Below are positions 19,998 through 30,097 of a stretch of DNA of 32,000 nt, in pieces. Source of the stretch: Synechococcus elongatus PCC 6301 (GTDB lineage Bacteria; Cyanobacteriota; Cyanobacteriia; Synechococcales; Synechococcaceae). The translations under genes were made by a program, and so were the position numbers. The notes below the pieces were generated by a model. It did not search any database. It was not told the DNA's origin and was given only the letters and a program-made list of their open reading frames with translations. Location: NCBI RefSeq assembly GCF_000010065.1, contig NC_006576.1:1710001-1742000 (forward strand), in the 5' to 3' direction. Positions within the stretch are counted from its first letter, which is position 1, and every line of letters starts with the position of its first letter.

Positions 19998-20654
19998 TTA
20001 GTCGCAGGTTCGAATCAGGGTGATCCCGTCTCCGAGCGGCAGCAGACTGACCTGAAGGTTTGGATCAGCCGCGATCGCGGCATTGAAGTTGCGCAGGGCT
20101 TGAGTGCGGCGATCGCCATCCTCAGGATCAGCAACTCGACCAGACCAGAGCACGTTATCGACGGCGATCAATCCCTTGGGAGTAAGGAGCGATCGCGCTG
20201 TTTGGAAATAGTCAGCGGTGGCGCGCTTATCGGCATCAATCCAAATAAAGTCGAAGCGATCGCCCTGTTGTTGCAACTGCTGGAGGGCGGGACGAATTTC
20301 GCCTTGCAACAGTTGAATGCGATCGCCAAAGCCAAGCGATTCCCAATATTGCCTTGCCAAGTCTGTGGTTTGGCGATCGCGATCGAGAGTCAGAATCGAG
20401 CCGGTTGGTGGCAGGGCGATCGCCATTGCAAGGGCGCTGTAGCCCAAGCCCGTGCCCAGCTCTAAGACCCGTTGATAGCCACCAATCTGCACAAGCAAGG
20501 CTAAAAATTGCGATTGGGTCGGCGTAATTCCCAACTTAGCGGCGGCATGAGTCGCGGTTTGTTGCCGCCACATCTGCAAAACTGCTGGTTCCGGCGGCGT
20601 CATTGCCTGCAGATAGTCCGCGATCGCTGCCGTGACAAAGACTTGTTGCCCCAT
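19998..20654 (-). CDS. Class I SAM-dependent O-methyltransferase (caffeoyl-CoA OMT-like)
   Basis: RVLELGTGLGYSALAMAIALPPTGSILTLDRD, FDFIWIDADKRATADYF, GLIAVDNVLWSGRV. Confidence 0.92.
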   Translation of the reverse strand: MGQQVFVTAAIADYLQAMTPPEPAVLQMWRQQTATHAAAKLGITPTQSQFLALLVQIGGYQRVLELGTGLGYSALAMAIALPPTGSILTLDRDRQTTDLARQYWESLGFGDRIQLLQGEIRPALQQLQQQGDRFDFIWIDADKRATADYFQTARSLLTPKGLIAVDNVLWSGRVADPEDGDRRTQALRNFNAAIAADPNLQVSLLPLGDGITLIRTCD

Positions 20655-20711
20655 GAAATCGGGTGGAATGCCGTTCCGTACAATAGCGGCTGTTGTGAAC
20701 GGGCGATCGCG

Positions 20712-21116
20712 GTGCGCTGGCTGGCTCTAGTTCTCGTCTTGGTGCTTTCGGCCTGTACTGCCTTTGGCCTGCCCGATCGCGCGGTCATTCGCGCTGGCCT
20801 GACGCTCCAACTCCAACAAACGGAAACCCAGCTCAGTGATCAGCTGCGTTTGGCCACCCCGATCATTCGGGTGCAGAAGTTGAAGATCCGCGATCGCAAG
20901 CCCCTCGACATTGGGGGGCGTCCTGCTTTTCAAGTCCTTGGACAAGCGACTTGGCAACTGCAGCAATCCGGCCAGAAGCAACAGATTAAAGCCCAGCCGT
21001 TTGAGTTGTACCTCCAGCGGCAGCCCCAAGCCCGCACCTGGCGGCTCGCCATTCCTCAGCCGTCATCCCAGAGCGATCGCCAAGAGTGGTCAACCTACGC
21101 CATCCCCTTGGCTTGA
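20712..21116 (+). CDS. Putative lipoprotein, hypothetical
   Basis: Inferred GTG start at 20712: VRWLALVLVLVLSACTAFG, a signal peptide with lipobox LSAC. The longer ORF from 20508 overlaps the divergent O-methyltransferase gene. Confidence 0.6.
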   Translation: MRWLALVLVLVLSACTAFGLPDRAVIRAGLTLQLQQTETQLSDQLRLATPIIRVQKLKIRDRKPLDIGGRPAFQVLGQATWQLQQSGQKQQIKAQPFELYLQRQPQARTWRLAIPQPSSQSDRQEWSTYAIPLA

Positions 21117-21196
21117 AGGAGCCAGAGCCCGATCGCCGATTGTCAATTAGTTCTGAGAATCACGCGCTTGATCTCTGAGAGCGCAAGCTAAAACTG

Positions 21197-21210
21197 TTGC
21201 AAATTTGCAA
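21197..21210. promoter_or_regulatory. Perfect 14-bp palindrome in the por upstream region (possible regulator site)
   Basis: TTGCAAATTTGCAA, exact dyad, 114 nt upstream of the por ATG. Confidence 0.3.
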
Positions 21211-21269
21211 GCTTTCTCAATCTTTCCATAGCTTTAGAATCCTTTACCCGCGCGGTTTCTGGCGCTTAG

Positions 21270-22289
<1,020 letters not shown>

Positions 22290-22312
22290 GCCAGTTGCAC
22301 TCAAGGCGGTAC

Positions 22313-22331
22313 GGGGATGATTGTTATCCCC
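22313..22331 (+). terminator. Small hairpin downstream of por (possible 3' end structure)
   Basis: GGGGAT-GATTGTT-ATCCCC, 6 bp stem/7 nt loop, 24 nt after the por stop; no T-tract. Confidence 0.25.
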
Positions 22332-22470
22332 ATGGACAGAAAGGGTGACTCTCTAGCTCAGCTCCAATCGTCCTAGAGAACTTGAAGGTTTCTATGGCTT
22401 GCCAGCTCTGGCTGCTTCAGTCGAGGTCATTTCGTCTTTAGCCTAGACAGCAGGCCTTTCGATCGCGCTT

Positions 22471-23784
22471 GTGACTGATTTCAAAATCATTGTTCTGGAT
22501 GACGATCCTACGGGATCGCAGACCGTGCACAGTTGCCCATTGCTGTTGCGCTGGGATGTCGAGACGCTTGTAACTGGACTGCGTCATCCATCGTTGCTCT
22601 GTTTCATTCTGGCGAACACACGATCGCTCAGCACTGAGGCCGCCGCTGCCCGAACTCGCGAGATCTGCCGCAACTTACAGCAAGCGATCGCTCAGCTCAG
22701 GCTCCAGCATTGGCTGATTATCAGTCGCGGTGACTCGACTCTGCGCGGTCATTTCTGGACGGAACCCCAAGCGATCGCGGCTGAACTAGGCCCATTTCAA
22801 GCGCAATTTCTCGTTCCTGCTTTTCTGGAGGGTGGCCGGATCACGCGGCAAGGCTGGCACCTCCTGCGAACTCCTAGGGGCGATCGCCCCTTGCATGAAA
22901 CAGAATTTGCCCAAGATCCGCTGTTTGGCTATCGCACCAGTTATCTACCCACTTTTCTGGCGACTCAAGCCGAGGATCCCAGTCTGAGCGATCGCATTCC
23001 GGTCTTGACTGCCGACAATCTAGAAACTGCTTTTACAACTGCATCTGCAACGAGCGATCGCTGGTTTGTGGTCGATGCAGAAACCCCTGATCAACTGCAA
23101 CAGTTTGCCAATCGCCTCAAAGCCGCAGTTCTCAACCACGGTCACTACCTCTGTCGCAGTGCTGCCAGCCTACTCAGTGCTTTGGCGCAACTGCCGCTGC
23201 AACCGATCGCACCCCAGCAATTCGGCCAACTCAATCCGCAGCATCGTACTGGTGTTGTGGTTGTTGGCTCTTGGACGACAATCAGCACAGGGCAACTCGA
23301 AGCTTTATTGGAACAACCGCAGGTTGCCGCGATCGCAGTTCCGATTGAGCCATTTGTCGAGTCTGACGGTCGCGATCGCCCCCCGCTCGCGGAGGATCTC
23401 GATCGCCAGATTCAGCAAGCTTTGCAGCAAGGTCAAACGCCTGTGATCTTCACTGAGCGGCAATTTCACGCCTGCGCCAGCCCAGAGCAGCAACAGCAAC
23501 TGAGTCGAGCGATCGCGGATTTTCTGGCTGAGCGCGTCTGTGCTTTACCCGCAGAGATTGGCTATCTGATCTGTAAGGGCGGGATCACGACCAACACGAT
23601 TCTGGCGAACTTGGATGCCGCGATCGTGGAGTTGCGCGGACAAATTCGGACTGGCGTCAATTTGGTGCAGCTTCCCGCCAGCCATCAAAAATTCCCCAGT
23701 CTGCCGATTGTCAGCTTCCCGGGGAATATTGGCGATCGCCACGATTTGGTGACGATTCAGCAGATTCTCAGTAGCGCTAGTTAA
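22471..23784 (+). CDS. Four-carbon acid sugar kinase-like family protein (DUF1537)
   Basis: N-terminus IIVLDDDPTGSQTVHSCPLLLRW, ANTRSLSTEAAA, ISRGDSTLRGHFWTEPQAI; C-terminus ICKGGITTNTILANL, FPGNIGDRHDLVTI, as in OtnK/DUF1537 proteins. Confidence 0.87.
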   Translation: MTDFKIIVLDDDPTGSQTVHSCPLLLRWDVETLVTGLRHPSLLCFILANTRSLSTEAAAARTREICRNLQQAIAQLRLQHWLIISRGDSTLRGHFWTEPQAIAAELGPFQAQFLVPAFLEGGRITRQGWHLLRTPRGDRPLHETEFAQDPLFGYRTSYLPTFLATQAEDPSLSDRIPVLTADNLETAFTTASATSDRWFVVDAETPDQLQQFANRLKAAVLNHGHYLCRSAASLLSALAQLPLQPIAPQQFGQLNPQHRTGVVVVGSWTTISTGQLEALLEQPQVAAIAVPIEPFVESDGRDRPPLAEDLDRQIQQALQQGQTPVIFTERQFHACASPEQQQQLSRAIADFLAERVCALPAEIGYLICKGGITTNTILANLDAAIVELRGQIRTGVNLVQLPASHQKFPSLPIVSFPGNIGDRHDLVTIQQILSSAS

Positions 23785-24845
23785 GCCAAGGACGGGACTA
23801 AGCCGCGCTGGGCTCGGGCTAGCTCCCGCAGCATTTTCTCTGTGGTCGGAAAGTCGACGCAGGGATCGGTGATGCTTTGGCCGTAGCGCAACTCTGACAA
23901 GTCGGCTGGGATGGGTTGATTGCCTTCAACCAGGTGGCTTTCAATCATCACGCCCATCAGGTGACGCGATCCCTCAGCAACCTGTTCGGCCAGATCTGAG
24001 AGCACCACTGACTGACGGCGATAGTCCTTGTTGGAGTTGCCGTGGCTGCAGTCCACCATCACTCGTGCATGGAGGCCCATGCTAGCCAGTTGATAGGCTG
24101 CTTCTTCAATGTCCGCTGCTGCGTAATTTGGACCTTTGCTGCCGCCGCGCAGCACTAAATGACCGTCTGGATTGCCGGTGGTCGAGACAATGCTGGCCAG
24201 ACCGTCATGGTTAATTCCCAGGAAATGGTGGGGCTGGCTGGCGGAAAGCATGGCATTGGCTGCGATATGGAAGCTACCATCGGTGCCATTTTTGAAGCCG
24301 ATCGGCATCGACAGGCCCGAAGCCATTTCGCGGTGAGTTTGACTTTCGGTGGTTCGCGCCCCAATCGCCGTCCAAGCAATTACATCAGCGATGTACTGCG
24401 GAATAATCGGGTCGAGCAGTTCTGTCGCGGCGGGCAAGCCCATATCTGCCAAACCGAGCAATAACTTGCGAGCCCGCTGGATGCCGGTATTGATGTCGTA
24501 GCTGCCGTCGAGGTGGGGATCGTTGATCAATCCTTTCCAGCCGACCGTCGTGCGGGGCTTTTCAAAGTAGACCCGCATCACGATTTCAAGTTCATCCGCC
24601 AGCTCTTCGCGCAGTGGCAAGAGCTTTTGGCCGTAGTCGTAAGCTGCGTTGACGTCGTGAATGGAGCAGGGCCCGACAATCACCAACAGGCGGCGATCGC
24701 TATTGCGCAAAATGCTACGAACGCGATCGCGGGTAGAAGCCACCAAGTCTGCTGCTGTCTCGGAAAGGGGCAGCTTCTGGTGAATTTCCGCAGGACTGAT
24801 CAAGGAACGCGTCTCGACGACGTGGAGATCGGAAGTCTGTTTCAT
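23781..24845 (-). CDS. aroG: 3-deoxy-7-phosphoheptulonate (DAHP) synthase, type I AroF/G/H-like
   Basis: LLVIVGPCSIHDVNAAYDYGQKL, MRVYFEKPRTTVGWKGLINDPHLDGSYDI, AIGARTTESQTHREMASGLSMPIGFKNGTDG, VMVDCSHGNSNKDYRRQ. ORF track opens at 24881; ATG at 24845 likely. aroG versus aroF/H not resolved. Confidence 0.95.
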   Translation of the reverse strand: MKQTSDLHVVETRSLISPAEIHQKLPLSETAADLVASTRDRVRSILRNSDRRLLVIVGPCSIHDVNAAYDYGQKLLPLREELADELEIVMRVYFEKPRTTVGWKGLINDPHLDGSYDINTGIQRARKLLLGLADMGLPAATELLDPIIPQYIADVIAWTAIGARTTESQTHREMASGLSMPIGFKNGTDGSFHIAANAMLSASQPHHFLGINHDGLASIVSTTGNPDGHLVLRGGSKGPNYAAADIEEAAYQLASMGLHARVMVDCSHGNSNKDYRRQSVVLSDLAEQVAEGSRHLMGVMIESHLVEGNQPIPADLSELRYGQSITDPCVDFPTTEKMLRELARAQRGLVPSLA

Positions 24846-25067
24846 GGGCGGCTGAGAAAGCAAGCGCTGCGGCCGCCGCAACGCCTTCCCATATTAGCGC
24901 CGCCGATCGAGGCATCGGGATCCTCCTGCAGAAACGTGACTGAGCTTAAACAACTGGCGATCGCTTAAGCATGGCCCGAAGACTGCAAAACATTAAGGGC
25001 GGAGCGGCTTTTATTGATCGCCCGCAACCCTTGGTGCTTAATAGGGGCGTATTCGGCTGGATCACGA

Positions 25068-25688
25068 ATGATCAGCGTCTATTGGTTTTGCTTTTTATTC
25101 GGTGGCATTTTTGTGGCACTTGCCGCTGTCGGAGGGCTGGACCACGATTTCGGTCATGACTTCGACTCTGACTTTGACCACAGTTTTGACGCTGAAGCAG
25201 CGGTTGAGCCCGATGTAGCCGCTGATGTCGATCTGCCAGAGCCTCCAAGTTCAGGGCGGCGGCTGTGGTTGCCGATTACCAGCTTTAAGTTTTGGACCTT
25301 TGGCCTTTGTTTCTTTGGCATGACGGGTCTGCTGCTGGGCTGGCTCAATCCGAACTTGCCGGGCTCTCTGCAGTTGGGCCTTGCGATCGCGATGGGTCTG
25401 CTGCTGGGTACGGGCATGGCTGGTCTGCTGCGGCAGTTGCGCAATCGCCAGGTCGATAGTCTGGTGCGGAGTACGGATCTGGTTGGTGCCCGCGGCATCG
25501 TTGTCTTGCCTTTCAATGCCCAAAGCCGCGGCAAGGTGCAGCTGGAAGTCAAAAACAGTGTGATTGAGCTCAGTGCTTGTACCGATTCGCCCTTGGATTT
25601 TCAGCGGGGCGATGAAGTGGTGGTGCTGCGATCGGAAGGGCAACGACTGTGGGTGATTGGTCGCACGGAATTAGATCTGCAACCTTGA
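25068..25688 (+). CDS. NfeD/YqiJ-like membrane protein (OB-fold C-terminal domain), flotillin partner
   Basis: Hydrophobic N-terminus (YWFCFLFGGIFVALAAVGG), Asp-rich HDFGHDFDSDFDHSFDAE, further TM segments, then VDSLVRSTDLVGARGIVVLPFNAQSRGKVQLEV..DEVVVLRSEGQRLWVI typical of NfeD OB domains. Immediately followed by flotillin genes. Confidence 0.75.
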   Translation: MISVYWFCFLFGGIFVALAAVGGLDHDFGHDFDSDFDHSFDAEAAVEPDVAADVDLPEPPSSGRRLWLPITSFKFWTFGLCFFGMTGLLLGWLNPNLPGSLQLGLAIAMGLLLGTGMAGLLRQLRNRQVDSLVRSTDLVGARGIVVLPFNAQSRGKVQLEVKNSVIELSACTDSPLDFQRGDEVVVLRSEGQRLWVIGRTELDLQP

Positions 25689-25728
25689 ACCGCTGCTGTC
25701 TGAGAGCTTGTTTCCTAGGAGAGTCTGT

Positions 25729-27069
25729 ATGTCCCTGCTCCCGCAATATTCCCCGCTGGTGCTAGCGCAATTTGAATCTCAGCCGTCCAGCCGTAATACC
25801 GGACAAGAAAGTGACTGGGTGGGCGGCACCCTCGGCTTTGGGATTGTTGGATTCCTTGTCCTGTTTGTCATCCTCAAATCCTGCCTGCGCATTTGTAACC
25901 CCAACGAAATTCTGATTGTGTCGGGGCGAAAGCATCGCAATCCCAAAGGGGAGATGGTGGGCTACCGTGTGCTGTTTGGTGGACGGACGCTGACGATCCC
26001 GGTGATCGAAACTGTCAAGCGCATGGACGTGACTACGATGCCCGTACCGGTTGAGGTGACTAATGCCTACGCCAAGGGCGGCACACCGATCAATATCCAA
26101 GCGATCGCCAACGTCAAAGTTTCAACGGATCCCCGCTTGGTCGGCAATGCGATCGAACGCTTCCTCGATCGCAATCGCTCTGAAATTGCCCGCGTCGCCC
26201 GCGAAACCCTAGAGGGCAACTTACGAGGGGTGGTCGCGACCCTCACTCCTGAAGAGGTCAATGAAGACCGGCTGCGGTTCGCGGAACGGATTGCTGAGGA
26301 TGTCAGCCACGATCTCTCGAAATTAGGGCTGCGGTTGGACACGCTCAAAATTCAAAGTGTGGCCGACGATGTGGACTACCTCAAGTCAATTGGTCGTCGT
26401 CGCATTGCCCAGATCACTCGCGATGCAGAGATTGCTGAGGCCGAAGCCCTAGGGGAAGCCGATCGCCGCGAGGCCGATGCCCAGCAGCAGGCAGAAGTTG
26501 CTCGCGCCCAGGCGGCAACGGTGGTGCAGCAGCGCCAGAACGAACTGCGCAAAATCAAGGCGCAACTCGATCAGCAAGTCCGCTCCGAGGAAGAACGGAC
26601 AACCGCCGCCGCTAAGGAAGCTCGTGCTCGGGCGGAGCAGCGCCTCCAATCGCTACGGGCGGAGCTCGAAAAACTCCGGCTAGAAGCCGATGAGGTCTTA
26701 CCTGCCGAAGCTCAACGGGTGGCCAAGACCCTGCAAGCCCGCGGTAGTGCGGCGGTGCTGGCTGAGAATGCCAAAGCGGCTGCAGAAGTGAGCGATCGCC
26801 TCAGTCAAGTCTGGCGATCAGCAGGCCCCGAAGCGGCGGAACTCTTCTTGATTCAACAGATTGAAATGGTGCTGCGAGAAGCGGCGCAAATTCCCGGACG
26901 GCTGCACCTCCACAAGGTTCGGGTCGTCGATGGCGGCGATGGCCAAGCCCTAGCCCGCTTGATTAATGCCTATCCAGAAATTGTCCAGCAGTTCCTACAG
27001 AGGGTGGACTCCACCTTGGGGCTGGATGTGATCGGAACCCTGAGCCGTCGTCCTGGAGGTGAAGTCTAA
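25729..27069 (+). CDS. Flotillin/SPFH (band 7) domain protein, paralog 1
   Basis: CNPNEILIVSGRKHRNPKGEMVGYRVLFGGRTLTIPVIETVKRMDVTTMPVPVEVTNAYAKGGTPINIQAIANVKVSTD; long Ala/Glu/Gln/Arg coiled-coil. RBS-like AGGAGAG upstream of ATG 25729. Confidence 0.92.
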   Translation: MSLLPQYSPLVLAQFESQPSSRNTGQESDWVGGTLGFGIVGFLVLFVILKSCLRICNPNEILIVSGRKHRNPKGEMVGYRVLFGGRTLTIPVIETVKRMDVTTMPVPVEVTNAYAKGGTPINIQAIANVKVSTDPRLVGNAIERFLDRNRSEIARVARETLEGNLRGVVATLTPEEVNEDRLRFAERIAEDVSHDLSKLGLRLDTLKIQSVADDVDYLKSIGRRRIAQITRDAEIAEAEALGEADRREADAQQQAEVARAQAATVVQQRQNELRKIKAQLDQQVRSEEERTTAAAKEARARAEQRLQSLRAELEKLRLEADEVLPAEAQRVAKTLQARGSAAVLAENAKAAAEVSDRLSQVWRSAGPEAAELFLIQQIEMVLREAAQIPGRLHLHKVRVVDGGDGQALARLINAYPEIVQQFLQRVDSTLGLDVIGTLSRRPGGEV

Positions 27070-28313
27070 TGTTTGAAACGATTTTTGCGCTGCTGATTGT
27101 TCTAGGCGCTGGCGCCGGGGCTGGCAGCTTAGTCCTGCGCAATCTCTACTACATCTGCCAACCCAGTGAAATTTTGATCTTTGCTGGCAGTAGTCGCCGC
27201 AGTAGTGATGGCCGCCGAGTTGGCTATCGCTTGGTCAAGGGCGGCAGCAGCCTGCGGGTACCTCTGCTGGAAAAAGCGCTCCGCATGGATCTGACCAACA
27301 TGATCATTGAGTTGCGCGTTTCCAATGCCTTCTCCAAGGGCGGCATTCCCCTGACTGTTGAAGGCGTTGCCAATATCAAGATTGCTGGGGAAGAACCGAC
27401 CATCCACAACGCGATCGAGCGGCTGCTTGGCAAAAACCGTAAGGAAATCGAGCAAATTGCCAAGGAGACCCTCGAAGGCAACTTGCGTGGTGTTTTAGCC
27501 AGCCTCACGCCGGAGCAGATCAACGAGGACAAAATTGCCTTTGCCAAAAGTCTGCTGGAAGAGGCGGAGGATGACCTTGAGCAGCTGGGTCTAGTCCTCG
27601 ATACGCTGCAAGTCCAGAACATTTCCGATGAGGTCGGTTATCTCTCGGCTAGTGGACGCAAGCAGCGGGCTGATCTGCAGCGAGATGCCCGAATTGCTGA
27701 AGCCGATGCCCAGGCTGCCTCTGCGATCCAAACGGCCGAAAATGACAAGATCACGGCCCTGCGTCGGATCGATCGCGATGTAGCGATCGCCCAAGCCGAG
27801 GCCGAGCGCCGGATTCAGGATGCGTTGACGCGGCGCGAAGCGGTGGTGGCCGAAGCTGAAGCGGACATTGCTACCGAAGTCGCTCGTAGCCAAGCAGAAC
27901 TCCCTGTGCAGCAGGAGCGGATCAAACAGGTGCAGCAGCAACTTCAAGCCGATGTGATCGCCCCAGCTGAGGCAGCTTGTAAACGGGCGATCGCGGAAGC
28001 GCGGGGGGCCGCCGCCCGTATCGTCGAAGATGGAAAAGCTCAAGCGGAAGGGACCCAACGGCTGGCGGAGGCTTGGCAGACCGCTGGTGCTAATGCCCGC
28101 GACATCTTCCTGCTCCAGAAGCTCGAGTCCCTGCTCGTCACGCTTTCAGGCACCGTGCCAGATATCGACGTGGAGTCGATCACTGTGATTGGCGAAGGGG
28201 AAGGCAGCGCTACCCAAATCGCTAGCTTGCTGGAGAAGCTGAAACAAACCACGGGCATTGATCTGGCGAAATCCCTACCGGGTCAATCCGACTCGCCCGC
28301 TGCGAAGTCCTAA
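27069..28313 (+). CDS. Flotillin/SPFH (band 7) domain protein, paralog 2
   Basis: CQPSEILIFAGSSRRSSDGRRVGYRLVKGGSSLRVPLLEKALRMDLTNMIIELRVSNAFSKGGIPLTVEGVANIKIAGEE; EAEADIATEVARSQAELPVQQERIK coiled-coil. Start codon overlaps the previous stop (TAATG). Confidence 0.92.
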   Translation: MFETIFALLIVLGAGAGAGSLVLRNLYYICQPSEILIFAGSSRRSSDGRRVGYRLVKGGSSLRVPLLEKALRMDLTNMIIELRVSNAFSKGGIPLTVEGVANIKIAGEEPTIHNAIERLLGKNRKEIEQIAKETLEGNLRGVLASLTPEQINEDKIAFAKSLLEEAEDDLEQLGLVLDTLQVQNISDEVGYLSASGRKQRADLQRDARIAEADAQAASAIQTAENDKITALRRIDRDVAIAQAEAERRIQDALTRREAVVAEAEADIATEVARSQAELPVQQERIKQVQQQLQADVIAPAEAACKRAIAEARGAAARIVEDGKAQAEGTQRLAEAWQTAGANARDIFLLQKLESLLVTLSGTVPDIDVESITVIGEGEGSATQIASLLEKLKQTTGIDLAKSLPGQSDSPAAKS

Positions 28314-28372
28314 GAGATAGCGATGTGACCGCGATCGCTTGTCAAGAATCCCAGTGATCCCGAACCATAGGA

Positions 28373-28393
28373 AGGCAAGCTCAATGCTTGCCT
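28373..28393 (+). terminator. Hairpin between the flotillin operon and ndk (possible terminator or ndk leader element)
   Basis: AGGCAAGC-TCAAT-GCTTGCCT, perfect 8 bp stem with 5 nt loop; tail CGTCTTG is not strongly T-rich. Confidence 0.4.
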
Positions 28394-28412
28394 CGTCTTG
28401 AGGACTATCTAG

Positions 28413-28868
28413 ATGTCTGTGGAACGCACATTTATTGCCATCAAGCCCGATGGCGTTCAGCGGGGTTTGGTCGGTACGATCATCGGCCGCTTTGAGCAAA
28501 AAGGCTTCAAACTGGTGGGCCTAAAGCAGCTGAAGCCCAGTCGCGAGCTGGCCGAACAGCACTATGCTGTCCACCGCGAGCGCCCCTTCTTCAATGGCCT
28601 CGTCGAGTTCATCACCTCTGGGCCGATCGTGGCGATCGTCTTGGAAGGCGAAGGCGTTGTGGCGGCTGCTCGCAAGTTGATCGGCGCTACCAATCCGCTG
28701 ACGGCAGAACCGGGCACCATCCGTGGTGATTTTGGTGTCAATATTGGCCGCAACATCATCCATGGCTCGGATGCAATCGAAACAGCACAACAGGAAATTG
28801 CTCTCTGGTTTAGCCCAGCAGAGCTAAGTGATTGGACCCCCACGATTCAACCCTGGCTGTACGAATAA
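28413..28868 (+). CDS. ndk: Nucleoside diphosphate kinase
   Basis: [58 protein letters not shown] (catalytic His motif). Confidence 0.97.
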   Translation: MSVERTFIAIKPDGVQRGLVGTIIGRFEQKGFKLVGLKQLKPSRELAEQHYAVHRERPFFNGLVEFITSGPIVAIVLEGEGVVAAARKLIGATNPLTAEPGTIRGDFGVNIGRNIIHGSDAIETAQQEIALWFSPAELSDWTPTIQPWLYE

Positions 28869-28897
28869 GGTCTGCATTCCTTCAGAGAGACATTGCC

Positions 28898-30097
28898 ATG
28901 CCCGTGCTGCGATCGCCCTTCCAAGCTGCCTTGCCCCGCTGTTTCGGGCTGGCAGCCCTGGCGTTGGGGCTGGCGACCGCTTGCCAAGAAAGCAGCGCTC
29001 CGCCGGCTGCCGGATCCCAGCCCTTGGGCTTGGCGATCGCTCAAACCGGCAATGCCTCTCTGTTTGGTCAGGAACAGTTGGCGGGTCTTCAGATTGCCAA
29101 AGCAGTCTTTGAACGACCTGCTACTGGTGTTCCGATTGACTTTCGCTTGCAGGACAGTGGCAGTGATGAAGCCAGTGCAATCAATGCCTTCCAGACGTTG
29201 ATCAACGTCAATGAAGTGGTCGCGATCATTGGTCCGACCCTGTCGCAGCAAGCCTTTGGAGCCGATCCAATCGCTGAACGCGCCGGTGTGCCTGTCCTAG
29301 CCGCCTCGAATACCGCCAAGGGAATTCCAGAACTCGGCCAATTTATCGTCCGCCTCTCGGCTCCGGCCGCCGTCGTTGCGCCCCAAGCGATCGCGGCAGC
29401 CCGCAAGCTCAATCCTCAAGCGCAACGGGTGGTGGTTGTCTACGCCCAAGATGATGCTTACTCGCGCTCGGAGACAGAAGTTTTTCAAAAAGCGGTCAAA
29501 GACGCTGGCTTGAATCTGACGCTGGTGCAGCGCTACCAAGTCAGTGACAGCGACTTTCAAGGCTTGATCAGTCAAGCACTCCAGCAGAAGCCCGATATCA
29601 TCGTGCTCTCGTCGCTAGCAGCCGATGGTGGCAACCTCGTGCGGCAACTGCGAGAGCTAGGCTATGGCGGTCTGATCGTCGGCGGCAACGGCTTCAATAC
29701 GCCGAATGTGTTCCCCGTCTGCCAGCAGCGCTGCGACGGTATCATCGTCGCCCAAACCTACAGTCCCAACTTCGATAGCCCCGTCAACAAGGACTTTCGC
29801 CAGCGATACGAGGCCCAGTTTGGTAAACAGCCCTCGCAGTTTAGTGCCCAGATTTTTTCAGCAGTACAGGTGATTGCAGAATCACTGAACCGCGTCAACC
29901 AAAAGCAACCGGTGGTAGACCTTCCCCTACCGGAGCGCCGTAAAGCTTTGCTGCAAGCGATGCTGACGGGCACCTATGACACGCCGTTAGGGCGTCTCTC
30001 GTTTACACCTGGCGGTGAAGTCAACCAAGAGCAGTTCTACGTGGCGCGGATTCGCATGAAGCCCGACGGTCAAGGCGACTTTGAGTTGTTGCCCTAA
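28898..30097 (+). CDS. Branched-chain amino acid-type ABC transporter substrate-binding lipoprotein
   Basis: Signal peptide with lipobox-like LATAC; periplasmic binding protein type I fold (LGLAIAQTGNASLFGQEQLAGLQIA, VVAIIGPTLSQQAFGADPIAERAGVPVLAAS). Followed directly by LivH/LivM-like permeases. ATG at 28898 avoids overlap with ndk. Confidence 0.9.
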   Translation: MPVLRSPFQAALPRCFGLAALALGLATACQESSAPPAAGSQPLGLAIAQTGNASLFGQEQLAGLQIAKAVFERPATGVPIDFRLQDSGSDEASAINAFQTLINVNEVVAIIGPTLSQQAFGADPIAERAGVPVLAASNTAKGIPELGQFIVRLSAPAAVVAPQAIAAARKLNPQAQRVVVVYAQDDAYSRSETEVFQKAVKDAGLNLTLVQRYQVSDSDFQGLISQALQQKPDIIVLSSLAADGGNLVRQLRELGYGGLIVGGNGFNTPNVFPVCQQRCDGIIVAQTYSPNFDSPVNKDFRQRYEAQFGKQPSQFSAQIFSAVQVIAESLNRVNQKQPVVDLPLPERRKALLQAMLTGTYDTPLGRLSFTPGGEVNQEQFYVARIRMKPDGQGDFELLP

